64,000 bases of DNA. It comes from the human T2T-CHM13v2.0 reference genome, Homo sapiens. The stretch lies in assembly GCF_009914755.1 (NCBI RefSeq), contig NC_060926.1. One strand, 5' to 3'. The notes beneath the pieces are model-generated. The model was not told the origin of the DNA and searched no databases. It was given only the letters and a program-made list of their open reading frames with translations. Below are positions 1 through 13,827 of this stretch, piece after piece. The stretch's first letter is position 1; each line of letters opens with the position of its first letter. A program made the position numbers and the translations under genes.

Positions 1-410
1 GTCCTGAAGGCTGGGAGTCCGTGGTCATGGTGTTGGCAGAGCCATGCTGTCTCCGAAGCCTCCAGGGAAGGGTCCGTCCTGGCCTCCTCCTCGCTTGTGG
101 TGGCGGCGGAGGTCAGCCTAGGCATCTCTTGATTGACTTCAGCTACATCACTCCCATCCCTGCCCGCATCATCACGGGGCAGGGCCTTCTTCCCCGTGTC
201 TCCTCAGTGTCTCTGTGTCCTAATCTCCCCTTCTCCTAAGGGCAGCAGCATTGGATTTAGGGCCCACCCTAATCCAGTATGACCTCATCTTACCTTGATG
301 ATATCTGCAAGACTCTATCTCCAAAGAAGCAAAGAAAGAAAAAAGCTCACATTTACAGGGACCAGGAGTGAGGGCTTCTACATCTTTTTGAAGAATACAA
401 TTCCAGCCAC
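1..410 (-). mobile_element. MaLR LTR (MLT1B/C-like), truncated by window start
   Basis: Typical MLT1 minus-strand motifs: 'ttggatttagggcccaccctaatccagtatgacctcatctta', 'atctgcaagactctat', ends '...acaattccagccaca'. Confidence 0.8.
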
Positions 411-411
411 A

Positions 412-697
412 ATTTTTTTTTTCTTTGAGATAAAGTCTCACTCTGCCTCCCAGGCAGTATGAGCAATCTCAGCTCACCACAACCTCTGCCTCCCAGGTTC
501 AAGTGATTATCCTGCCTCAGCCTCCGGAGTAGCTGAGACTACAGGCGCCACCACACCCGGCTAATTTGTGTATTTTTAGTAGAGACAGGGTTTCACCATG
601 TTGGCCAGGCTGGTCTCAAACTCCTGACCTCACGTGATTCACCCGCCTTGGCCTCTTGAAGTGCTGGTATTACAGGTGTGAGTCACCGCGCCCAGCC
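412..697 (-). mobile_element. Alu (AluS-type)
   Basis: Poly-T, then reverse Alu consensus to 'ccgcgcccagcc'; flanked by ccacaatttttt duplication. Confidence 0.95.
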
Positions 698-1663
698 ACC
701 ACAATTTTTTATCCTAGAAAGCAAGCAACACTCTGGTTGGCTGTTTCATCTCTCTCGCCCCTGAGAAAACCATCACAACCTCACTGTTATCAGCACAGAT
801 CCCCAAGGCTCAGCACTCCCTGCTTGCACTGAGGCCTCGGTGCTACCCCTGGGAGCACCTGCACTACTCTGTCTCTGCTGGTAACGTGCCCTTGGCTCCA
901 TTCCTACAAGGGAGCCAGTTCTACCAGAGCCTCTCTGCGTCAACCCCAACCATGGAGGACAGCCTCCTCCAAACCCCTCTGAGATGCCAGCAGCCCTCCT
1001 CCTGGGCACTTCCTATCTAGCTCTGAAGGGAGTGTCCTCTAGGTCCTTCTAAGCCCTCAGATCCTATGTGGCGCATCCACCCTAATATCCCGCCTCTGCG
1101 AGCCTTCTGACCCATTCCTCAACACCAGGCTTGGACACTTCACATCTCCCGTGGGGTCTGGCACCTCAGTGGGAACAGGGGATGCCAGGGGTGGGAGACA
1201 GGCGGATAGAGGTGTGGGTATGAGCAGGGAGCTGTGAGGCCACACCTACCCACAGCGTGAAGGATCAGGAGGAGCCACCACTGCAGGTGTTTCTCACCAA
1301 CTGGCTCCCAACATACTGGGCCCTCTGGCCAGAAAGCAAGGCAAAGTTTTGGACCTGGAGTAGCCCCAAGGCTGAGCTGGGTCCATGTGAAGTAGGGCTT
1401 GTCTCCTCCCCACAGCCCTCTGGAAGGGGGGACTCATGTGGATGAAGAGAGGGAGCCACAGCAAGGCTATGCACCTTGCCCAGGGTCATGTGACCAAGAG
1501 GTGGCTGGGCCAGGATTCAAACAACTCCAGAGGAAGAGGCTTACTGGTTTAATGTGCTGCTGTGGTGGGGGCTTGCTTCTGCGGGATGGCTGCATGGCCT
1601 GTTAGCACCCACTAGCAGGAAAGCAGAGGCAGATGCCAATGCTTTAAGAAAACTTAAGGTTGA

Positions 1664-1984
<321 letters not shown>

Positions 1985-2329
1985 CTTAAGGTTGAAAAAC
2001 ACTAACAATTGAAAAAGCATGTTTCATTGATATTTTGCTTCCTGAAAAGTGGCAGGACCCTCGCAGTAGTTTCCTTCTGTTGCAGAACCTGAGCCCTCCT
2101 CGGAAGCAAGACTAGCAAACCTCTTGCACGCACAGGCTCTCCCACTTATCACGGACCTGGTTAGTGGAGGTGACCTCCCAACATAGAGACACATTGGGCC
2201 TGGGAGGGCCAAGCTGAGGGCCCTTGGACAAGTGGCTTCAACATGCCAAGTTTCCATTTCCTCAAACCTGAAGGGATTAAATACAATTCTGTTTGAAGAG
2301 CCTCTCCTGTGATATACCAGGCCATACCA

Positions 2330-2760
2330 TGTGATAGCCAATTTTATGTGTTAACTTGGCTGGGCCACAGGGCATTCTGACAGGTAGTTAGACATTATTC
2401 TGGGTCTCTCTATAAGGCTGTTTTCGGATGAGACTGACATTGAAATCAGTGGACTTTGAGTAAAGCAGGTTGCCCTACCTAATGTGGGAGGGGGGCCTCA
2501 TCCAATTTGTTGAAGGTCCGAACAGAACAAAGAGACTGACTTCCCTCAAGCAAGAAGGAATTCTGCAGCAGACAACCCTCAGCCTTGAGCTGCAGCCTCG
2601 GCTTTCTCCTGGGTCTCCAGCCTGACGGCCCTTCCTGCAGAGTCTGGATTTGCCAGCTCCATCATCATGTGAGCCAATTCCTTGAAATAAATCTCTTTCT
2701 GTCTATACAAACCCACACATCCTATTAGTTCTGTATCTTTGGAGAACCGTGACTAATACA
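2330..2760 (+). mobile_element. ERVL solo LTR (MLT2D/C-like)
   Basis: Starts tgtgatagccaattttatgtgttaacttggctggg, ends ggagaaccgtgactaataca; TG...CA termini and MLT2 internal motifs. Confidence 0.85.
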
Positions 2761-2963
2761 CATGTTTTTAGAGAATAGAAATACAGGGCAGCTCCAAGAT
2801 TGCAGGCTCAGCTTAGCTGGGAATGTCTGTCTCATTACCGGGCTTACAAAAGACAGACAACCTCACACCTAAAAGCATTTGGCTTACTGTTGGACTGAAG
2901 CACCCTCCCTTACTGTTCTTTGAAAACACCATGTTGCCAGCAAATCTTTTAAAAATGATTCTA

Positions 2964-3311
<348 letters not shown>

Positions 3312-4449
3312 TCATCTTTAGCACCCCGATAGGAAAAGTCTGGTTTCTTCTAAAACTTAAAGATCTTGCTCTTAAAGTCTACACATCTGAAAGAGAGGAT
3401 CATTTAGAGATGAAAAGAGCATCTCAATCATGTATGACTTCCTTCCACACCAGGATTCTGTCCATCTTCCTATTCCTAAATCATCCTGGACGATGACTTC
3501 CACCTTCAGCCGCACACGCCCTCAGTTAACCCTTCTTTCCATTTCATTCTCCCATAAATGCAAAAAATAAAAAATAAAGAACAGAAAACAAAATGAGACT
3601 TCTTTTAGGCTTTGTAAGAGAGCTTCTTGTCGCGATGTTCCCATTCTTGTGATCATGAACCTGCTTTCTTTATTGGCAGGATCTTGGTGCCCAGTGATGC
3701 GGGTGCGATGCAACCTCTGCCACGTGTGCCTCCATGATCAACACACCAACAACGCAGGGGGAGATCTGCCCGCTCAGCTCTGCCACCTCTTTTCAGTTTA
3801 TAGCAGTCCCCTGGCACAAGCGCAGCTAAAATGTGAACCCAATGAAAACTTACCCACCTCTGCCTTCCACACTCTTGTCTTCCTCTCTACATATAAAAAT
3901 GCGTGGGGCTGATATGATTAACTGAAAGGAAGGCTCAGACTACCCCCAAATTGCATTGTTTTTATGTAAGTACCAAAGGCATTAATTCTAAAGAGATGGG
4001 ACCAATTTGCATGGCAGTAGCATGATATTTGCATCTATGTAAATTTATATAGAGATGGGTGGAATTTACGGAGTGTCTGCCACTTGAGTCAGCAGTGAGA
4101 AAATGGGTTGCTTTCCTTCCTCTCCCCATCAATGAAATGCTGAAAATGCCCATTGCCTCAATTCTTCTAACTTTTATTGTATTTGTTGTTTTGGTGTTTG
4201 TTTAGTTTGAATTCATTTTATTTAGTTTAATGATGCAAAACAAATGCAAAGGGACATAAAATGAAAAGTTCAAGTTCCTGCCCCTCTGACCTGTTTCCTA
4301 GGGAGTAAGCAACTCCCCCTTCATTTTCCTGGCCTGCAGCACAATCCTAGCAATGATACCTGGTATTTCTAAAGTTCCTGCAACTCCTAAGCTTTAGGTC
4401 AGCAGTTCTCATGCTCCAGCGTGCATCCAACTCACCTACAGCAACCCAC

Positions 4450-4940
4450 TTAAGTAATTTTAAATCATCTAGCAGCCACAATAAAAAAAAAAAGTAAAAA
4501 GAGGCAAGTGGCAGGAAAAGTTAATTTTATAAGACATATTATAATACACAATAAAATATCTTATTAAAATTAATTTCACCTGGTTTTTGTTCTTTTTTGA
4601 GACATGGTCTTGCTTCGTTGCCCAGGCTGGAAGTGCAGTGCTGCAATCATGGCTCACTGCAACCTCTGCCTCCCATGCTCAGGTGATTCTCCCAGCTCAG
4701 CTTCCAGAGTAGCTAAAACCACACCCAGCTGTTCCATACCACCACACCCAGCTAATTTTTGTATTCTTTTGTAGAGACAGGGTTTCGCCATGTTGCCCAG
4801 GCTGGACTCAAGTGATGCTCCCACCTTGGCCTCCCAAAGTGTTGGAATTATAGGCATAAGCCATTGCATCCAGCCTGGGAAGTTAACATTACAAATGTGG
4901 CTCGCATTTGTGGCTCAGGCTACATTGCTACTAGACATTG
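4450..4940. mobile_element. MER33-like hAT-Charlie fragments in inverted arrangement, interrupted by an Alu
   Basis: 'gtaattttaaat..ctagcagccaca..aaaagtaaaaag' forward and 'attaaaattaatttcacctgg', 'attacaaatgtggctcgcatt' reverse resemble the MER33 left end. Confidence 0.6.
4582..4876 (-). mobile_element. Alu (AluJ-like)
   Basis: Reverse Alu with J-type features ('tcatggctcactgc', 'gttgcccaggctgg'). Confidence 0.9.
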
Positions 4941-5030
4941 AGAAGACTCAATCATTCCTTTTACGGCAGCTTTTCCCAAAATATCTTCCTGAGGAGCGTC
5001 ACAGGTGGTCTCCATACAAGGCCTCTTTAG

Positions 5031-5516
<486 letters not shown>

Positions 5517-6800
5517 TACACAGTGTCCTTTGAGAAATGCTCAGCCCACATTCCATGGGAACAAGATCCCTCAGCAGTGAAGATCTCAGTGCAGGATTGA
5601 TGAGGCTCTGTGCGAAAGGCAGCAGAGGAGAAGGCGATTTCCCTGTTCTGGGTCAGTAACAGCCAAGATCAGAATTAATGTCTGTGGAAGCAGTGATGGA
5701 AGCAGGACAGACGCTCAGTCTCATCAGTCACTAAGTCATCTTAATACCTTAATCATAGCCTGTTTTTCACAGGCAAGAAAATTTCTTCGGGAGAGAGTGA
5801 GCATAGCAAGCAGGGAATACTCTGCCAGCAGCATCACCTATGTGGTTACAGGGCTTAAAACTGTGAATATGTCCACTAATTTAGCAAAATGCTATCTGCC
5901 TTTAGAGGCCGTCAGCTGCTCTTTTGCAGGGTAGGGGGTTGTATTTAAGTGGTTTGTAAAGCCCTTGTCTCTGACAAATTGTCAACCGACTGTAGGGAAG
6001 TTAACAGTAGTCTACTCTCTGCTGTCTCTTTTTAGCAGGGGCCAGGTTGGGGGAGAGGACTCTGAAATGATCAGCAAGAGGACTGCTGTTAACACTGCCT
6101 GCTTCTTCTCTGACCTGGTGGACAGCAGCCACCTCCGTCAACCTGGACTGACTTCGCAGGTCCTAGGAAGATTCACTCGAGAGGCCTCTCCAATGTCACG
6201 GAAGGAGTGCCATCAGCTAGCCATGGCCTTGCGGACAGGGGCGGCAGGACCCTCTGGATGGTTCCACCAAGGCTGGGCCTTGTCTGGGCCGTGTCTTCCC
6301 ACGGACACACTGAGACGGTCACAGTCATAGCGTCTGCCCCACAAGGCACTGTCTCCTCTCAGGAGCCCCCATCACATGAGTGGTTGCAACTGCAGCAAGA
6401 CAGACATCTCTGGACACCATGGACAGAAGCCAGGGACAGGGTTTTCTGTGCCCTCTATTCCCCATCAAACATGACTTCATACTCTCCGCAGAAGCTGCCA
6501 ACCCACCCTTGACTTCTGCCTGTAGACAGTGGGGGTGGCCTGAGCCCCAGGGAGTGTCTTTGAGAGTCAGAGGTTGCCACTCAGTGACTGAGAAGGGAGG
6601 ACCCACCTCTGCGCCCTGCAGGGACCACAGGGTTCCCTTCCAGTGAACAGGTGGGGATGTTCTGAAACTCCCCCTCCATACCTTGGAATGAAAGTTGCAG
6701 GGCTGTAGTAAAACTCCAGTTTTAACTTGCTTTATTCCTCTTTGGGATGCAAAGATAAGGTCTTCCTAACCTGTCCATGGAGGCACCCACATGGAAAAAA

Positions 6801-6870
6801 GGGAGGGAGGGAAGGAGGGAAGGAGGGAGGGAGAGAGGGAGGGAGGGAGGGAGGGAGGGAGGGAGGGAAG
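6801..6870 (+). repeat. (GGGA)n purine-rich microsatellite
   Basis: gggagggagggaaggaggga... directly visible. Confidence 0.95.
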
Positions 6871-8819
6871 AAAAGAAGCAAGATGTTTAAACAAATTTCC
6901 CTGCCTGGTTTCTGGGCTGCACTTCTCTTTCCTCGGTTGGGATCCACCACAGACAGCCTGAGAAAGCTCACAAGCTTGACCTTACTTACTGAAGGACAGT
7001 GGTCCCCATCTATTAGGCTCATCTGTCCCATTGAGAGGGTGCAGCTGTACACTCATGGGTCTCCTAAGGATTCCCCAAAGCATCCACCTGAAGTTTATCA
7101 GCAGGAAAAGGCTCCAAGGAGCTGAGGCAAGAGCTGCTGTGGGAAGGGGGTCTGGGCCAGAAGGCCCATCTTGCAAGGGAGGAGCCATCTGGGGGGAAAG
7201 CAGTAATGCTGGAAGTTGCCCCCACTCCAGCCACCAGCGCAGAACAAAGAAGTCAGAAATAAAGAGAGCTGGAAACTCACAAGCCCAGGAATGGGCCCTA
7301 CCAAGGTGGGCAGGGCTCTGGGACACCAACGGGCACCCTTGCAGCAGAGCCAAGCACACCACGCAAGGCAGGGCTGCTTCCTCCAGCCACGCAGGGAGGC
7401 AGGAGCACTGGCAGCAGAGCTGGGGGCTGTGCAGGGGCTGACATCCTACATCCTCCCTCCCCTAGAAGCGTTCAGAAGCAGAGCTGGCCCTCAGCCAAGA
7501 AAGCCCCAAGATTCTTGGACAATACAAAGTGGAGGTCTCTTTTCATCTGTAATATGAGAATCTCTGAACTTTGTCTTCAAGGCACTCAGGACTTTAATAA
7601 GTTGCCGTTATCTATGTACCTACACAGATACTAGTAGTGTGCTCTTTTATTCAGGGGAAAATCCCCCCAGAGGGATGGGACAGTGTCCACTTTGCACTCC
7701 AAATGTCCCCTTCTCTTGCTGTCCATCAGCCACTAATTCACCCAGTGAGAGGAGCCAGCTCCCAGCTAAACAGACGCAGCAGCATTTTCCCCTTGAACAC
7801 AACTCAGTAGCCTGAGCTACGGGGAAGGGCAGAAAGTCCAAGAGGGATTTGGTCCGGGGAATTGGTCAGGCTGCCCTGGTGCCATAGTCTGCCTGGCATG
7901 GGAGCTGGCTACACCTTGTCCTTCATAGCCCTGACACTGGGGAAGTCTCTCTTGTTTTAGAACAAGATAGAAGAGCAAATGAATACATGAATTTTTTAAA
8001 ACAGCAATGAAGCTCACCCTTTGGTCTTATTAGAATGTGATGGCTTGGGCGATAATGGGGAAGGACCAGGGGAGGGGCTGGAGCACAGCTAGGCACGCTC
8101 ACACCCGAGCTTCCGGCTGACACCACGGTGACTCCACCTGGCCCTCCCACGGAACAGGTCTTTCAGACTCTACATGGCTTCAACCCATGCCCCAGGCTCT
8201 AGCTCCTGCCACTCTCTGCTCCCAGAATATTGAAGCACATTCTTCCTTCCCCGAGGAAGGACAGCTTCCTGACCACCCAGCCAGAAACTGAACAGAGGCA
8301 GGCCCATTCATTCCATGGCTTGAGGAGCCATCAGCAAGTTAGGAAAAGAGGGTGTGGACCTTGAACCCAGTGCAGATCTGGGACATCCTTGGCAGGTCAC
8401 CCAATGTCTCTGCACTTCCTTACCTAGGAGCTTGCCTCACTGAGGGAGGAGCTACATAAATCAAATCGTTAAGGGGCAGGAATGAGCTAATTAGCTGGCA
8501 AAGTGCTGGGCAAGGGTTCCATGATGTTGTTATTTTTAGGCAGCGGGTTGTGAATTGTGAAGCGTGGCTTCATTACAGCAGGATGTGTCAGCTTTAATGA
8601 GGTGCCTCATTGAAGTCCAACCACGCACATTACCACCTGTCCTAGGGCAGGTTCCATGGGCATGAGCCATTATGAGTCGCTAGGCTAGCAGCCAGCAGGC
8701 AGGGCCAGGAGCCCCGGTCGGGAAATCATCCAGATATGCTTGATGGTCTGTGGACCCCACTTCCAACCCCACCACATTCCCCTGCTCTTTATGACAAAGC
8801 TCTTGAAAAGAGCTGTCCA

Positions 8820-9114
<295 letters not shown>

Positions 9115-9119
9115 TAGAG

Positions 9120-9740
9120 CCATCCATAAATGCACTTCCACCTCCTCACCCTCCCCTCATTCTTCACCCCATTCCAGCAAGGTCTTCTCCTCATCACTCC
9201 ACTGAATCGAACCTGGTTAAGGTCACCAAGACCTCCGCATCACCGGATCCAAAGGTCAGCTGGTCCTAACCACATTTGTCCTGCCTCAATCCCTTCCTGA
9301 GCTTCCTCGCCCACCCATCCAATGTTCTACTCCTCGCTACTCCTTGGATGTCACATCAGCATCTCAAACTTTTCCTGTCCAAAATAGAATTCTTATTTTA
9401 ACTCTTCTCACCCATTTCTCCACCAGCACAGCCCATATCAGTAAGGGGCAAGCTCATTCACCAACATGATCAGGCCAAAACAATGACCTCCTTCTTAACC
9501 CTTCTCTTTTCTTTCACTCTCTATATCCAATCCATTGGCAAGCCACGCCAACTCCACCTGCAAATATACCCAGGATCTGACCGATTCTCACCCTCACTAC
9601 TGCCACACCAGTCTGAAGCACCTTCACCTCTCTCAGACTAGCAAGGTTTTCTACCTGGGCTCTCTCTGTCTGCTCTGTCCCCTGCAATCTACTTTCAACT
9701 TAAATTAGATCATGTTATTTTCATGCTCAAAATCATCATT
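9120..9740 (+). mobile_element. LINE-2 fragment
   Basis: L2 motifs 'aaggtcaccaagacctcc', 'ttggatgtc..catctcaaact', 'atccaatccat', 'tctgaccgattctcacc'. Confidence 0.75.
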
Positions 9741-10188
9741 TTCATTTCCTCATCTATAAAAAGCCTTTGGTCTATGTCAGCTCTGAAAATGTGGAAGCGT
9801 CACATCCCATACCTGTGCTCTGCCCCAGCAAAAGTACTAGGGAAAAGGAGGCAGCAGAAGAGATTGCACAAGGACATAACGTTTTCGGTCTCAGTGTGAC
9901 ATGCTGGTGACAAGACCATGGTAAGCACATTGACACACAGGTACCCTTCTGTTACAAAAGCTACTGACATGTCTCAGCAAGGAAGCAGTAGCAAAGGAGA
10001 CAAGTTGGCCCATGAGGGAAACCATTCTTCTTTCTGCCTAGCCACTAGACGGCGAGGCCTGCCAAGAGAGTCGCCACGTTGATGGTGGGCCAGGGTTGTT
10101 CTTCATTTGCGATTGATAAAGTGACTTGGGATAAGAAACGGAATATGCGCTTTATTACCTGTCATGGAAAACCCCTTGGGAAAATCTA

Positions 10189-10584
<396 letters not shown>

Positions 10585-11720
10585 TTATTTAAAAAGCCTT
10601 TTTCAATTGTAGGCTTTCGTTTTCACAAAGAAAACGAGCAGCAAACTAAATCTGTAAAAATTTGCACTTTAAGCAAGAGAAAATGAATGTGACTAACTTA
10701 GGCGCTTGCTCATTTCACAAACAAGGAAGAAAGTGTTATCATGAAGAGCTCCAAAATCACGGTTTAAACATATTCCCAAGCTCTAATGTGAGCTCAAAGC
10801 AAAGCGAATTCTCACATTTTCTTTCAAGAGTCATCACCGAGGGGAAGTAGATGAATGCTTAAATACGTGTGAGTAATCTAGAGTAGAATGAACTTGACTG
10901 TCTACTCAAAAGTTGGTAAATGAAAATCTATTTCGTACCTTACACACTTAGGCAGTGCTCAGGGGTGAGGACATGCAGACCAAGTCCACGGTGGCCAGGC
11001 TCACCCAAACCCACCCTCTCCATCCTCCTCACCTTCCTATGCTGCCCACCTTACCCACACTAGCTCCTTTCCATCGGGCCTCAATTGTGTCCCAGGCAGC
11101 ATGCACAGGCCACCATAGCAGGGACATCAACCCCAAAGAAGAGTGAAAGTAATGTCTCTACTGTGGGAGAGCTCACCACAGTCCAGGAGTAAAGGCAGGG
11201 ACAACCTCTGCTTCTCCTGGCAGGATGGGGGAAGATAAGAAAGAGGATCAGGTAGACTATGGCAGGAGTTTGGAGGAGGGGAAGGGTCCCTTCCATTACG
11301 GGGATCCAGGAAGATGGCTTGAAGGAGGGGCCTTGGACTGAACCTTGGGACTGTGAATGTTAGTGGTAAGGAGGGGCTCCCAAGGACAGGCCCCAGCACT
11401 CACAAAGACGACAGGTAGAAAAGCACATTGAGTGAACAGTGGTTTTCTGGCCTGGCTGCTGGGTAGTGTGAGAAGCTGAGCAGGAGAGGGAAGGAGGAGG
11501 AGAAGTAGAGGAAGGGCCAGGCCAGGGCAGAGAAGGCTTGCATGGTAGATGCTATAGAAGCTGGGCTCAATTCAGAGTGAAAAAGCATCACCTCTTAGAG
11601 ACTACTGTCTAGGCATCCCAGAGCTGTACTTCCCGGGAGGACCCCCAGAGACCAGGGACCTTCCTGCTCTGGCCTGAGTGCCATTACCCTGACCCCAGCT
11701 CATGAAGCTGCTTCTTCATG

Positions 11721-11890
11721 AAACCTCCTTTGAAGTTGAGAATGATGCAGCCAAACCAGTTCAATTCGGTTCAGGTTCAAGAGCTGCCCGGAGGAAGCTC
11801 TGGGCTGAGCAGGTGCTGTATCAAGCTGGGTAGAAATGGAGGATCCCACAGGAAATATGCTCAGGTATGTGGGCAGGTGCATGGGCAAGT
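11721..11890 (+). repeat. Left arm of 170-bp inverted duplication
   Basis: Reverse complement aligns ungapped to 12840-13009 with 12 mismatches (hand count). Also visible as near-identical ORF translations 11718..11903(+) and 12782..13000(-). Confidence 0.95.
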
Positions 11891-12654
11891 TGGCAACTCC
11901 TAAACTAAGCAGAAATCAACATTTCTCCACCAAATACTATAAATGCATCATGCATCAGGAGTTCCCGAAACCTTTTAGCTTTTGGGGTCTAAGTGTCAGA
12001 CTCTAATGAAAGCTATAAGACCTCCCTCTCTGCAGCCACTCACATCCACACTAAATTGTAGGCCCCCAGCCCGTGGGCATCCCACGCCTCTCCTAATTTC
12101 CCAAGACTAGACTGTGACAGTGCCCTGGGAATGGGAACAGTAAGTGATTTATCTCCACAACAGCAAACGGTTAAACTACTCAACGAACCTGTGATTCTGG
12201 ACCAGAGTCATCAGGCAGAGTAAAAATAATTGCTCAGAGACTGTGCTGCAGTTGCAGTAAGTATCGCAATTGCAACCCTTATTGTTGTCATCTAAATGAA
12301 GCCCAAAGGCAAGAAGCTGCCCTAGACCACGTCATGGGCACCCGCGTCACCTGGGAGGCATGAGGGCTAATCTAACCCCACCTGGCCCATTCTCTCCACC
12401 TGCTCACCATACTGGTTGCCCAGACTCTGGCTCCTCTCACTTCCAGACTTCCCAGTAGACCAGTTTCCTCTCATCTTATGCTTCTCCATTAGGATGGATA
12501 GATCCCCATCAACTTCTCAGCTCCACCTCAAATCCTGCCAGGAAACCTTCTCCTTAGAGTCCCAGGGCACAAGATCAGGGCTGAATCAAGGAACCCCAGC
12601 TCAAAAGTTACCAGCTGCTCATCCACACACTCCTGCAGACTCTGAACAGCTGCA

Positions 12655-12866
12655 CACACACCTGCCCACATACCTGCCCATGCACCTGTCTACATAGCTA
12701 CCCCCACACCTGCCCACACACCTGCCTACATACCTGCCCATGCATCTGTCTACATACCTGCCCACACACCTGTCTGCATACCTACCCACACACCTGTCTA
12801 CATACTTGCCCACGCACCTGCCAATACACCTGTCCATGCACCTGCCCGTGCACCTGCCCACATACC
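12655..12866. repeat. 12-bp minisatellite (consensus ~ACCTGCCCACAY), about 17 degenerate units
   Basis: cacctgcccaca tacctgcccatg cacctgtctaca ... tandem units. Confidence 0.9.
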
Positions 12867-13009
12867 CGAGCGCACTTCCTGTGGGCTCCTCCATTTCTAC
12901 CCAGCTTGACACAGCACCTGCTCAGCCCAGAGCTTCCTCCGGGCAGCTCTTGAACCTGAACCGATTTGAACTGGTTTGGCTCCGTCATTCTCAACTTCAA
13001 AGGAAGTTT
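12840..13009 (-). repeat. Right arm of 170-bp inverted duplication
   Basis: Reverse complement of 11721-11890; its inner end overlaps the last two minisatellite units. Confidence 0.95.
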
Positions 13010-13013
13010 AAAA

Positions 13014-13147
13014 TACAGACAGTCCCCGCTGGCTCTACTTATAACTTTTTGACTTTACAATGGGTTTATCAAAATATTAAATCCATTTTTGACTTATGAT
13101 AGGTTTATTGAAATGAAACCCCAACCATAAGTCGAGGAGCATCTGTA
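13014..13147 (-). mobile_element. MER47-like (Tigger/pogo) MITE
   Basis: Termini 'tacagacagtcccc' and 'taagtcgaggagcatctgta' with TA target site; sits in a MER5-like remnant. Confidence 0.75.
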
Positions 13148-13252
13148 CAGATTTCTAGACCCATAAGTGGTATGAGCTGGAGCCTAGGAATCATTTCTCT
13201 CAAAAGCACCCCAGCTGATTCTGAGCTGCAGTCAAGGGTGTGAGTGCTACCC
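13148..13252. mobile_element. MER5-like hAT fragment
   Basis: 'gcctaggaatcatttct..aagcaccccagctgattctga' resembles MER5A/B. Confidence 0.55.
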
Positions 13253-13423
13253 AGCCTGTAAATCCTGGCTCCCAGGTCCTGTGCCTCTAGCATTGCTAAA
13301 GAACTCCAGTGCCACCTCCATCTTCATTTCTTCAACACACATGGTCCAGGTACTTTCCTTGGCCCTGCGCAGTGCTAGGGACAGAGAGATGGGTAAGCGG
13401 GGGAGGGAACTTACGAGAAATTA

Positions 13424-13827
<404 letters not shown>

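Noticed and set aside
7654-7666. NF-kB-like site GGGGAAAATCCCC
   Set aside because: Single short motif, expected by chance in 64 kb.
12655-12866. Possible CRISPR-like array
   Set aside because: Contiguous 12-bp units with no unique spacers, primate context, no cas genes.
12619-13099. Repetitive peptides (HLPTYLST / GRCVGRYV)
   Set aside because: In-frame translation of the 12-bp minisatellite, not a repeat protein.
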